NCBI GenBank assembly: GCA_963767925.1
Contig: CAVYGB010000008.1
Span: 832,001 to 896,000 of the forward strand
DNA: 64,000 nucleotides
Source: an uncultured delta proteobacterium
GTDB taxonomy: Bacteria; Myxococcota_A; Polyangia; Fen-1088
Reading direction: 5' to 3'
Positions 31,881 through 41,227 of the stretch are shown here, one piece after another. Numbering within the stretch: position 1 is the first letter of the stretch; every line of letters begins with the position of its first letter. A model generated the notes under the pieces. It made no database searches, was not told the origin of the DNA, and saw nothing but the letters and a program-made list of their open reading frames with translations. The translations under genes and the position numbers were made by a program.

Positions 31881-32650
31881 ACCACACCGCCGAAAAGCTG
31901 GACGACCACCTCGCCTGGGCCCTGCGCGACAAGCCCGGCGCCGCCGCCCTGCTCGACCGCGTCCTCGGCGCCGAGGCCGGCTTCAAGCTCGAGCGCCGGA
32001 TCGAGCGCCGGATCGGTCTGAGCGGCCTGCCCGAGCGCAAGACCCTGGAGGCATTCGAGTGGGCCTTCCAGCCCGAGCTCGACAAGTCCCTGGTGATGGA
32101 ACTCGGCGACCTTGAATTCGTCCGCCGCCACGAGGACCTGGTCGTCACAGGCAACAGCGGCACCGGAAAGAGCCACATCATCCAAGCCCTCGGACTGCGC
32201 GCCTGCCAGCAACAGCTGTCGGTGCGCTACGCCCGCTGCGTGGATCTGCTCGACGACCTCTACGCGGGGCTCGCTGATGCCACGTACCCGCAGCGCCTCA
32301 AGCGCTGGGCCGCCCCGGATCTCCTGATCGTGGACGACGTAGGGCTCGGCCAGGTCCGCAAGCGCGAGGACGAGCCGACCGCCGCCCACACCCTCTTCAA
32401 CCTGATCGATCGTCGACACGGCCGCGCCTCGACCGCCTTCACCTCCAACATCAAGCTCTCCGCCTGGGGCCGTTACCTCGGCGACGCCACGCTGGCGATG
32501 TCCATCCTCGACCGCCTCGCGATGCACGCCATCCGCCTCGACATCACGGGGCCCAGCTACCGCCAGCACGTCGCTGACCAACGGGCCAAGAAGCGCGGCG
32601 CCAAGCTCCCCGTCGACGAGCCCGAGTCCAGCGACGCCGTCGCCCCATAG
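31790..32650 (+). CDS. istB: IS21 helper ATPase
   Basis: GNSGTGKSH, LLIVDDVG, ILDRL, GPSYR. Confidence 0.92.
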   Translation: MPKPGRHKPQPTGADSVIDRLRRHLEVLGLNHTAEKLDDHLAWALRDKPGAAALLDRVLGAEAGFKLERRIERRIGLSGLPERKTLEAFEWAFQPELDKSLVMELGDLEFVRRHEDLVVTGNSGTGKSHIIQALGLRACQQQLSVRYARCVDLLDDLYAGLADATYPQRLKRWAAPDLLIVDDVGLGQVRKREDEPTAAHTLFNLIDRRHGRASTAFTSNIKLSAWGRYLGDATLAMSILDRLAMHAIRLDITGPSYRQHVADQRAKKRGAKLPVDEPESSDAVAP

Positions 32651-33293
32651 AGCGCCCCCCGCCCCGGGGCGCCCTCCCCACCTCGCAGATAGCAGCCCGA
32701 TCCGCTCCCCGGCCGCGCATCCCCAGCGCGGCTGGGCGCCGCGCATTGGGCGTGCGCGAGCCGTGGGGCCCGCCACCGCCCCCGGGCGCCGCCGCCTCAG
32801 GTGGATCACGATCCCGCCGCCCTGGCGTCGCCCCCTGCAACCGCGGGTGGATCACCCTCGCTGCCCGGAGTGGATCACATCTAACCCGCCGCTGAAGCCC
32901 CTGCCGAGTTCGGCGGCGAGACTGATCTGGCGATCTCCTCGCTCTTGCTCGTCCGCCTGCTGAACGCCGGCGTGTTGGAGCTCGATTGCGAGCCGACTTG
33001 GGCCTCTTCGCCGTGCGCGCGCCCCTTTGCTTCCTGTGGTCAGCTAGATCAGGCTGTCCCAGCTAGCCCCAGACAGCCCGCCATGTGGCGGTTCCGGCTG
33101 CCGGTCGGTGCTCGATTCGCCGCCGGCGTCCGGCCTGGCCGGTGAACCGGCCTTCCGGTGCACCGTGAGGACTCTCGACCGAGCGCTGGCAGGGCAAGTC
33201 GGTGACGGTGCGGGACATCATCTGCCGTACGCTGGTCGTGGGCCCGAATGGGCCGTTGTTCTCGTCCGAGCCAACGTAGCGGTTCGACTCGAT

Positions 33294-33695
33294 TCACCAC
33301 CGCTCGAATGTGAGGCCGGGAATCCTTGGGAAGCTCCGCATGTCGCGAGTGGCGACCTGGAACCCAATGACCAAAGCCGTGACGGCGATCTGCAGGTCGT
33401 GAACAGCTATCGTCCTGCCCACGGGGAGCAGCATCGCCCGCATCCGAGCGTATTCGCGCGCGATGGCGGCATCGAAGTTCACGACCGGCAGCCGGGTCAG
33501 GTAATTCTCGAGAAAAGCGCGGCGCTTTTCCGCGCGGGTGGGGGTGTCGGCTCGCTCGACGCCCTCGTAGAGCTCGGCGACGGTTATGGCGGCTACGCGA
33601 AGCTGCTCCTCTCCGCGCACCGACAGGGCCGCCTCCAGGTCCAGCTGCCCGCGTTCCGCCGCGATGATGATGCTGGAATCGATCAGCGTTCCCAA
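33294..33695 (-). CDS. PIN-domain (VapC-like) toxin
   Basis: LIDSS, TVAEL, DLQIA.TAL, ATRD..F. Confidence 0.88.
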   Translation of the reverse strand: MGTLIDSSIIIAAERGQLDLEAALSVRGEEQLRVAAITVAELYEGVERADTPTRAEKRRAFLENYLTRLPVVNFDAAIAREYARMRAMLLPVGRTIAVHDLQIAVTALVIGFQVATRDMRSFPRIPGLTFERW

Positions 33696-33919
33696 GGCGA
33701 GGATTCGTCGGCGATCGACGGTTGAGAACGGTAGGCTTTTTCGACGTCGTCAGCCCAGCCCGGGTCGGGGTGAGGCACGCTCTTCCACAGCGCGAGAAGG
33801 TCAGCCCCGGTGAACGAAGGCGCAGGTCTGGTAAGCTCGACGGCGAGTTCGTTCCTCTCCGCGGGCGTGAGGTCGGCGGCCTCCTCGAGGAGCTTTTGAA
33901 GGCGTGCGCTGCGGGGCAT
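33683..33919 (-). CDS. Putative antitoxin
   Basis: 78-aa ORF upstream of and overlapping the PIN gene. Confidence 0.65.
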   Translation of the reverse strand: MPRSARLQKLLEEAADLTPAERNELAVELTRPAPSFTGADLLALWKSVPHPDPGWADDVEKAYRSQPSIADESSPWER

Positions 33920-34025
33920 GCGTACCTAGGAGTGTACCGCCAATCCCAAGAAACGTCGCGTTGGACGTCACTCGGCCGGGACCGCAGGGAGTGGATAACT
34001 TGAAGATCGGCCAGGATCGAGACGG

Positions 34026-34425
34026 TCCGGTCGCTGCGACCGGAGGCCCCGGAGGTGACGAAGGAGCTGAGGCACTTCGGGAAACGCAGCCCGTATCACG
34101 GCGGGAGCTCGAGCGGGTAGGGTTTTGGGCCATGGCCGCCCGAAAGTCCGAGTACGACGCAAGGAGAACGTTGGACTCCGGGGCTTGCTGAGCCTCGCGC
34201 TGCTTGAGGTCATGCGCGCAGGCAGCGGGATCGTTTCAGCACCGGCGAGATAGGTGACGTTGCTTGATCAGCGAGCGCCGGATTGAACCTCGCGTCGCAC
34301 GTGCACAGAGCACTTGTCCCTGCCCAACCCCGCGAGATAGCAAGCGTTCTCGATGGCTGGGGACAAACTCTGTGACCGCCTCTCGCGCAACCTAAGGTAA
34401 CTACTAACGATTTCTCCACCCACGC
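34026..34425. repeat. Type A right-end segment (also 52848-53244; partial 63156-63275)
   Basis: ~400 bp closely similar segments directly upstream of att copies. Confidence 0.85.
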
Positions 34426-34483
34426 CCAGATTCAGGTTCTGGTGATCGAAAGATTGTGGGAGTTCGATTCTCCCCGACCGCAC
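34426..34483 (+). repeat. att repeat: tRNA-Leu 3' part, copy 2
   Basis: Identical to the tRNA from CCAGATTCAGG to GACCGCAC. Confidence 0.95.
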
Positions 34484-34675
34484 AGAGTGAGATCAGCTAG
34501 TCCCCTGGAAAGGTGATTTCTTGCCTATCTCGCCGGTCCTCTTCGTCCCTGGCTGCGTTGCTCGTCGGTTAAATACGCCGGGTATTCGCCCTCCTCGCGC
34601 CTTGCCAGGAACGAAGATGCCTCGCCGACATATGCAAGCCTTCACCTTTCCAGGGGACTAGTTGAGGCTGGTCTC

Positions 34676-35863
34676 TCAGCGCGCCGTGGGGGAAGGAGAG
34701 GGCGACCCCCCGCCTGATCCCCCACCAGATCCCCCACTTGGGGGTTCTGCCAGGGCCACGAGCTGCGCAATCCTCCCCACCGCCGCCAGCTTCTCCTCCC
34801 GCCCGACGTGGCTGTAGTGCTCGGTCATCGCCTCTGTCACGTGCCCGGTCATGCTGCGCGTGACGATCTCTCCGTTCAGCTGCCGGCTGAGGTTGTTGAA
34901 GGTCCTCCGGAGCCCGTGCGTGGTCACCCGCTTCCAGACCCTCGCCACCCGCAACGCCCTGGCCAGCGGAAACCGCAACACGTCCTTCGGAAGGATCCGC
35001 CCGGCCTCGTCCGTGAACACCCAGCCCGAAGCCAGCCCCGGGTGCTGGCAGGCCAGCATCCGGGCGCGGTGTTCCCGCATCACCCAGGCGAGCAGCGCCG
35101 CGAGCGGCACCGATCGCTTCGTGTCCGTCTTCGTGGTCGAGACGTTCCCCTCCCACTGCGCCCGCCTGACCCGGATGAGCCCGGCAGCCTCGTCGATGTC
35201 CTCCCACCTGAGCGCCGTCGCCTCGCCGTACCGCATGCCCGTGAAGGCAAGCGTCAGCACGAACGGGTAGAGATCCGGGATCTGATCCCGGAAGACGATC
35301 AGCACCCGCGCCAACTCCTCACCGGTGAGGAGGTTCGGCTCCTCGTCGGTGAACGCCCGCACCGGTAGCTTCTTCACCCGGGCCGCCGGGTTGTGGGGCA
35401 GCTCGTACTCGACCACCGCATCCGCCAGCACCATCCTCAGCATCACCACCGCGCCGTTCACGGTCGCCGCCTTGTGAGAAGCGGCCAGCCGGGTATGCCA
35501 CTCCCGGACCTCGGCGTGGGTGAGCTTGTCGAGGAAGAAGTCCCCGAGCACAGGGAGGACCTGCCCCCCGAGCACGTCAGCGTACGTTCTTGCCGTTGAC
35601 GGCTTGAGCCCCGCGGCCTTTGATCTCAGCCACGATTGCACGTAGTCCCGCAGCCTCGGAGCCTCCTTTGCGACCCTTTCGGCGAACCTGATCTCCTCGC
35701 GCCACTGCTCTCGCAGCTTGGCTGCTTCTTCGACGGTCGCTGTGACCGTCCGGTCTACCTCCTTCATCCGTCCTGTTCTTGGGTCGACGGCGCGGAGCCG
35801 GATCCTTTTCCGGCCGTCTGACATGGCTTCGATCCCCGGATAGCGCGTCTGCTTCCTTCTCAT
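34676..35863 (-). CDS. Tyrosine recombinase/integrase
   Basis: TGMRYGE, TK, HGLRR, TGH, EHY catalytic residues; N-terminal arm-binding region. Confidence 0.92.
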   Translation of the reverse strand: MRRKQTRYPGIEAMSDGRKRIRLRAVDPRTGRMKEVDRTVTATVEEAAKLREQWREEIRFAERVAKEAPRLRDYVQSWLRSKAAGLKPSTARTYADVLGGQVLPVLGDFFLDKLTHAEVREWHTRLAASHKAATVNGAVVMLRMVLADAVVEYELPHNPAARVKKLPVRAFTDEEPNLLTGEELARVLIVFRDQIPDLYPFVLTLAFTGMRYGEATALRWEDIDEAAGLIRVRRAQWEGNVSTTKTDTKRSVPLAALLAWVMREHRARMLACQHPGLASGWVFTDEAGRILPKDVLRFPLARALRVARVWKRVTTHGLRRTFNNLSRQLNGEIVTRSMTGHVTEAMTEHYSHVGREEKLAAVGRIAQLVALAEPPSGGSGGGSGGGSPSPSPTAR

Positions 35864-36149
35864 CGTGCACTCCATCCGAGGCCATGGGAGCGCCATGGCC
35901 GCGTATCATAGCGTCCAGGTCCTCGGGCCTGAAGAGCATCGTGCGGCCCCGGCGACCGGCGGGGCGCAGGCGGCCGGCGGCGACGTGGTTGCGGATGGCG
36001 GAGGGGGCGCGGTAGTGGAGGTACGCGGCTGCCTGCGCGGTGGTGAGGTAGGGGGACCACGCGACGTGGGTCTGGTCAGCGGTTCGATTTCCGAGCGTGG
36101 ACACGGTGATCCACCGATCGGGGTCATGGGACGAAAAGTTTCCGCTCAC
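35577..36149 (-). CDS. Excisionase-like HTH protein (3' end overlaps int)
   Basis: YLTTAQAAAYL...IRNHVAAGRL..GR..LFRPEDLD. Confidence 0.7.
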   Translation of the reverse strand: MSGNFSSHDPDRWITVSTLGNRTADQTHVAWSPYLTTAQAAAYLHYRAPSAIRNHVAAGRLRPAGRRGRTMLFRPEDLDAMIRGHGAPMASDGVHDEKEADALSGDRSHVRRPEKDPAPRRRPKNRTDEGGRPDGHSDRRRSSQAARAVARGDQVRRKGRKGGSEAAGLRAIVAEIKGRGAQAVNGKNVR

Positions 36150-36190
36150 GCGCTGGCGCTCCGGGCCGACGCGTTGACCTGAGTCCGGGC

Positions 36191-36664
36191 GTGGCGACGG
36201 AGTCGAGTCAGACTTTCGTCATGCCCAATCCGATGCTGGCCCTATCGATCTGGAACTCGCAGAAAGCGAATGACGAGGCCGAATCAAGAGTCCTGCACGT
36301 TGCCGTGCATGCCTGGTACGAAGGCCACATCCACGCGCACCTCGAGCTGGGCAAGAAGGTCGAGGTGCTGCCCTACCGTAGCGGCTTTCCTCCTCCGTTC
36401 CCGGCTCCCGACGATGAAGGTCTCTGGCAAATCGTGGACGCAACGAGAGCCAAGGCTTTCACATCACCGGACGCCGCGCTTGCTTTCGCCGCCGCCCTGG
36501 CCTGGGAAGCCGGATATCGACGGGGCTGCGACTGCGCTGGTTGCGAGGCTTTCGGCAGCCGCGATGCCGGGTACTGCGCAAGGCTCCGACAAGGCCGGGA
36601 GAGAATCACCATCGGAGCCGAGACGCTGCGTTCGAGGTTTGCGCGTGAGGGAATCAGGGGGTAA
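36191..36664 (+). CDS. Hypothetical protein
   Basis: Plausible globular ORF with His/Cys clusters. Confidence 0.5.
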   Translation: MATESSQTFVMPNPMLALSIWNSQKANDEAESRVLHVAVHAWYEGHIHAHLELGKKVEVLPYRSGFPPPFPAPDDEGLWQIVDATRAKAFTSPDAALAFAAALAWEAGYRRGCDCAGCEAFGSRDAGYCARLRQGRERITIGAETLRSRFAREGIRG

Positions 36665-36838
36665 GCGACGGCTCCAACTTGCGGCCTGTCCGCAGGGCTG
36701 GTCCGAGCGAGGAATCGCGCAGCTAGGTTGGGACCGATACCTCCGGCCTGTCACGCCGGAGGCCGCGGGTGGGCGGCGGCTGATCAGCGACAATCTTGCC
36801 CTTCCGGTACTTTTGGAGAAAGCCTCCAGGTAACCGTC

Positions 36839-37120
36839 CTAGCCTCGCGGGAGGGCCAGAAGATCGGCTCGCCTAAACCTGAGCCGGCGTCCCAGGCGTA
36901 GGCCTGGGAGGGTGCCGCGGTACGCAGCCTGCCGCACAGCGGGCGGTGTCATGTGCAGCAGGGCGGCCGCGCCGGCGACATCAAGGAGTTGCTCGCCGTC
37001 CTGACGATGCATGAGGCGAACGACGTTTTCCAGTGCGGCGACCCGCCCGCTCAGCTCACGTACGGCCGTCGGGAGATCAAGAAGTGCAATCAGTCTGTCG
37101 GCGAGTTCGTCTCTCATCAC
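36839..37120 (-). CDS. Second excisionase-like HTH protein
   Basis: LLDVAGAAALL...VRQ....G.LP..RLGRRLRFRRADL. Confidence 0.8.
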   Translation of the reverse strand: MMRDELADRLIALLDLPTAVRELSGRVAALENVVRLMHRQDGEQLLDVAGAAALLHMTPPAVRQAAYRGTLPGLRLGRRLRFRRADLLALPRG

Positions 37121-37533
37121 GACATGCTATCGACTACTCGGTCCCGACCGGGTTCGTGTCACCAGTGTGCTGGCAGTCGACCAAGCGCCCCATGAGCTCT
37201 CGGAACTCGACCGGCGAACGATGGGGCGCGCCTCCGTGGCCTGGACCTCGCGCTCATCGACGCTCGCGTCACGACTGCTTAGACGACGGCCAGGCCGATG
37301 CGAAGGGGAACTTCGTTCGGGGTCGGCAGCGCCTCGGGCGCGCGCACAAGCCGCCCGGTGGGCACAGCGCTCGGTTCCAGCATCGGCACAACGTCGTACG
37401 CCCTATCGCCCCGGCCTTCCTGAGACCAGACAGCGCCGGCCAGCGTGAAGCGCAGCCGCTCCGTTTACTAGCGCGGTGATCTGCCTGGGGCATCTGGGAT
37501 CTGGGGACTTTTCGGGGCATACTTCAAGAAGCT

Positions 37534-37806
37534 ATGACGGTTACCGTCGACCTTCCCGAGTCCGCTATCAAGGCGCTTTCGGCGAACACTGAAAAAGACG
37601 CGGTGGCGAAGTTGCGCCTGGCGGCCGCCATGAAGCTGCACGAGCTGGGGCATCTCTCTTCAGGAGCGGCCGCGGAGCTGGCCGGCGTCACGAAGATCGA
37701 GTTCCTCGAGCGCATGTCGGAATACGGCGTGCTCGCCATTCCGCAGACGCCCGGGGAGGCTGAAGAAGACCTGCGGACGCTGCGGGACCCGCGCACCCGT
37801 GGCTGA
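37534..37806 (+). CDS. UPF0175-like antitoxin
   Basis: LAAAMKLHELG.LSSG.AAELAG...EF. Confidence 0.8.
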   Translation: MTVTVDLPESAIKALSANTEKDAVAKLRLAAAMKLHELGHLSSGAAAELAGVTKIEFLERMSEYGVLAIPQTPGEAEEDLRTLRDPRTRG

Positions 37807-38278
37807 GTACGTCTCCAACACGTCACCACTGACGCATCTGCATCGCGCCGACGCTCTCGACGTCCTCCCGGCAGTCTGCGGCGTCATCCTCGTCCCGGAC
37901 GAAGTACGTAGCGAACTGCGCGCGGGAATCGCGGGCGGCAAGGACTGTCCTGACCCCGATGTCATCGCCTGGCTCCAGGTCGTGATTGCCGAGCAGCCAG
38001 CGGATATCGCGACCCTCCGCCTTGGAGCGGGCGAACGCGGGGTGCTCGCCCTCGGCCGGGCGCGCGATGCAATCGTGATCCTGGACGATGGGCCTGCGCG
38101 GGACGCCGCCAAGCGACTCGGGCTACGGGTCACTGGTACAGTCGGCGTGCTTGTTCAGGCACGCCACAAAGGACTCCTTCCGGCTCTTCGTCCGGTCTTG
38201 GACCGGCTGGAAGCTGGGAGGTTTCGTATGTCGCGTGAGCTGCGAACCTGGGCACTCGCCCAGTGCGGAGAGAGCTGA
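37799..38278 (+). CDS. DUF3368-like PIN-domain protein
   Basis: VSNTSPL, LGAGE, ILDD..AR..A...GL..TGT.GVL. Confidence 0.85.
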   Translation: MAEYVSNTSPLTHLHRADALDVLPAVCGVILVPDEVRSELRAGIAGGKDCPDPDVIAWLQVVIAEQPADIATLRLGAGERGVLALGRARDAIVILDDGPARDAAKRLGLRVTGTVGVLVQARHKGLLPALRPVLDRLEAGRFRMSRELRTWALAQCGES

Positions 38279-38395
38279 CGGCCGCCGTCACGACGCGGTT
38301 TCGGTTCGCAGGGCGGAAAGCGAGCACCGCCACGTCGTTGTGTCTAGCCCATTTGTCGTCGCGCTCGAAGAAACTTGGCTTCACCGAGGCTCCCC

Positions 38396-39169
38396 GTGAT
38401 TTGTCCGAGCTCTAGCCCAGCGCGAATCCGTCGGTTCCGGCCGCGGAGCGTGCGGCACGTGTCCATCGCCGGTGTGGTCCACGAGGGAGTGACGCTCTTT
38501 CACCTGTTAGGGCGACGGGCGCTTCTCGACGACAGCGCAGAAGTCGTCGCCGATCGCTTCATGCGCGGAATCACCCACCTGCTACGCAGCTTTCGTCCCG
38601 ACTTTTTCTACGTTGGCGGCGGCATGTCGGAGGCGGCTGCGGTCCGCGCCGCCATCGCTCGATGGGCCTCCTCGCCGATCGTCCTGTCCCGGGGGGGACG
38701 GTTCGTGGGAGAAGCGGGCGGCCTCAACATCGCGGGACCGTCAGCGGTGATCATCGACGTGGGCCAGACCGCCATCAAGGTCAGCCGCGGCGGTTTGCGC
38801 CGGGTTCACGATCGCCCGCCCGCGGATCGGGAGCCCGATGGCTACGACGCGGCGGGCGTATCCTTCATCAAAGAGGTCATCGCGTCCGAGCTGAGAGCCG
38901 CGGCGGCGGGATCGCCGGCCGTGCTGGCGGTGCCCGGCGACGTGGGCGACGGCCTCACGCCCGGAATCTCGAACTACCGCTGGCAGGGGCGCGCGGACGC
39001 GATCGTTGGGTTGCTTCCGCCCGATGACGGCGATCGCGAGGTCTTGGTGCTCAATGATGCCGAGCTCGCTGCAGAGTCGGCGCGGCTGGAGGTGAATCGC
39101 GTGCTCGGAAGGCGCTGCTTCGTCTTGACGCTTGGACACGCGCCCGGCGGAGCCTTGCTGTCGCTATGA
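38396..39169 (+). CDS. Permuted ROK-like protein, copy 2
   Basis: Highly similar to 24012-24785. Confidence 0.7.
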   Translation: MICPSSSPARIRRFRPRSVRHVSIAGVVHEGVTLFHLLGRRALLDDSAEVVADRFMRGITHLLRSFRPDFFYVGGGMSEAAAVRAAIARWASSPIVLSRGGRFVGEAGGLNIAGPSAVIIDVGQTAIKVSRGGLRRVHDRPPADREPDGYDAAGVSFIKEVIASELRAAAAGSPAVLAVPGDVGDGLTPGISNYRWQGRADAIVGLLPPDDGDREVLVLNDAELAAESARLEVNRVLGRRCFVLTLGHAPGGALLSL

Positions 39170-40104
39170 GCGCCACCAGCACCCCGGCGGGAGGAGCCCT
39201 CGGCGGCTCCCGGCCCCTTGGCAGCGTGAGCGTCATAGCCTTGACCTGCAATCAACCGGAGGCGCTCACATTACTGCTCGCGGCGCTGGGCGAGCAGGTC
39301 GATCCGCCGCCATTCGAGGTGGTGGTCACCGACGATGGATCGAGCTGCGACAACGCGCGCATCGTGACCCTGGCAGCGGCGGAGCACGGTCTCGAAATCG
39401 GTTACGTGTGGCAGCCCGACCGTGGATTCCGAGCGGCCCGCGCCCGCAACAACGGCATCCGCCGGGCGCGCGGGGACCTGCTGATCTTCCTCGACGGTGA
39501 CATCGTGGTGCCCCCCACCTTGCTGCGATCGCACTTCGTCCGGCACGACGGCAGCAAGAAGGTCGTCTGTGGCCGTCGCCGGCACGTACCTTCAGGGGCC
39601 TGCCATCTCGGTCGATACGACCAGCACCTGCTGCGCGCCCTCGCGGAAAGGAGCCAGAGTGCCGATCCCGCGCAGGCCTACTGGAGCGAGGGGCCCCATC
39701 CCTGGATGGCGCTCATCAGCTTTGCCTTCAGCGCGCCCCGGGACAGCGACTTGCTGTTCGACGAGGAGATGGAGGGATGGGGAAGCGAGGATCGCGAGCT
39801 CGCCCTGCGCCTTCATCGACGGCACGGCTATGATTTCGTTCTGCCGGCCGACCTGGACCCCGTCTTTCACCTCCTCGCACCCGGCTTCACCGTCCACCAC
39901 GAGAGAATCGTGAGTGGAATCAAGAACAAGCTCTACCTCGTCGCGAGACACGGCCTCGAGGCCGTCGCCCCGGCCCTCGAGGTGATGCGCGCATGGAGGG
40001 TCGACCCGACCACAGACCGGTGGACGTCAATCAATCAGCGACGACCCGAGCCGCTCGACCAGCTCCTGGCCGAGGCCCGCGACTGGCTGGCCCGCCACGG
40101 GTGA
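39166..40104 (+). CDS. GT2 glycosyltransferase, copy 2
   Basis: Highly similar to 24782-25720. Confidence 0.9.
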   Translation: MSATSTPAGGALGGSRPLGSVSVIALTCNQPEALTLLLAALGEQVDPPPFEVVVTDDGSSCDNARIVTLAAAEHGLEIGYVWQPDRGFRAARARNNGIRRARGDLLIFLDGDIVVPPTLLRSHFVRHDGSKKVVCGRRRHVPSGACHLGRYDQHLLRALAERSQSADPAQAYWSEGPHPWMALISFAFSAPRDSDLLFDEEMEGWGSEDRELALRLHRRHGYDFVLPADLDPVFHLLAPGFTVHHERIVSGIKNKLYLVARHGLEAVAPALEVMRAWRVDPTTDRWTSINQRRPEPLDQLLAEARDWLARHG

Positions 40105-40455
40105 CGCCGGCGACCCGCTCCCCGCTCACGCGCCGACAGCGCTTTGCACGCCGGCCGCGGCCGCCACCGATTGCCCGTGAGGGGCGTTCAGATGGCGCGC
40201 CCGTCACCGCACCAGCCAGACAGAGAGCGTCCGGGGTGGGCGTTCGGGCTGGGGCGCGAAGGGGCTCCGCGGGGCGGCATTCCACGCGCCTTTAGCGACC
40301 TCGCCTGCTGGCGATTGGGATCCGTTGCTACGGACGGACCGTTGCGCGTAATGGGACTACTGGTGCCCGCCCGCGGCCGGGAGGCCGAGCTCCGACGCCG
40401 CTACGCGAACTGACCCGGCTGGCAGGCCAGCGGCGCCGGGGTTATTGTCCCGGCC

Positions 40456-41223
40456 ATGCCATGGCTCACGCTGTCTCTTCGTCGCCGCCTGGTCACCGGG
40501 TTCGGACCTGGGCGCTTTCCCGCCTTGGTGTGTCTCGCGCTGCTGTGCCCGGTTCACGCGTGTGCAGGGCCGGCAGAGCTGGCGGCGCCGAAGGGGACGG
40601 AGACGTCGGCAAAGACGCCGGTGAGTCCGCCCACCACGAACCCGGAAAAGGCCCGACAGCTGGTAGAAGCGATCATCAAGGTCAGCCAGCTACCGCGGTT
40701 GGACCGGGCGAAAGCCGCCGAGATCCTCGGTACCCGGCTGGGTGCCCAGAGGAACGCCACCGAGTACCGCATGGAATGGTCCCTCGAGCCCACGCCGCTG
40801 ATCGCGGAGGGGACCGCCGTGGGAGGCCGCCGCACGGGCTGGACGCTCGTGGAGATCGTGCCTCACCCCTCTCTCGATCTGGCCTTCGAGGACCTCGTGC
40901 CCCACCTGCTCGACGCGAGCTACACGTTGGACGCGCGAAGAGTCCACCTCGTCCACGACTCGGTGGCCACGAGCATCACGCGCATCAGACACGTGTTCCG
41001 GATCGAAGGCGGCGAATTGACCATCGAAGTACCGACCACGGTGCCGCCCGAGACCCCCGACCAGGAATCGAAAGCCATGGGCGAAGGCTGGGATGCAGCG
41101 AAAGGCAAAAGCGCCAGCCGGAGTCAGGTGATGACCGTCTACTTCAACAACGAGCTCGGCAGAAGCTGGCGAAACCCGCGCGCGCTCCGGCAGTTTCGGG
41201 AGCCTCGGAAGGCACCCAACTGA
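40456..41223 (+). CDS. Exported hypothetical protein (candidate immunity partner), copy 2
   Basis: Highly similar to 26100-26867. Confidence 0.7.
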   Translation: MPWLTLSLRRRLVTGFGPGRFPALVCLALLCPVHACAGPAELAAPKGTETSAKTPVSPPTTNPEKARQLVEAIIKVSQLPRLDRAKAAEILGTRLGAQRNATEYRMEWSLEPTPLIAEGTAVGGRRTGWTLVEIVPHPSLDLAFEDLVPHLLDASYTLDARRVHLVHDSVATSITRIRHVFRIEGGELTIEVPTTVPPETPDQESKAMGEGWDAAKGKSASRSQVMTVYFNNELGRSWRNPRALRQFREPRKAPN

Positions 41224-41227
41224 CCGG

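Larger units (their letters stand above)
28603..32897 (+). mobile_element. IS21-like element with Zn-finger and ParB-like passenger genes
   Basis: 7-bp TSD CCCCTGC (28596-28602, 32898-32904), imperfect IRs CTTTAGCG/CGCTGAAG, repeated GTGATCCAC at both ends. Confidence 0.85.
27925..33000 (+). pseudogene. Decayed GT4 glycosyltransferase (copy of 55362-56987), internally deleted and IS-interrupted
   Basis: High similarity to the intact copy with jumps at ~28118 and ~28311; 3' end resumes at 32898. Confidence 0.85.
23447..34425. mobile_element. tRNA-Leu-integrated cassette 1 (type A ends, no integrase)
   Basis: Bounded by the tRNA and its 3' repeat at 34426; ends homologous to those of cassette 4. 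Confidence 0.75.
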
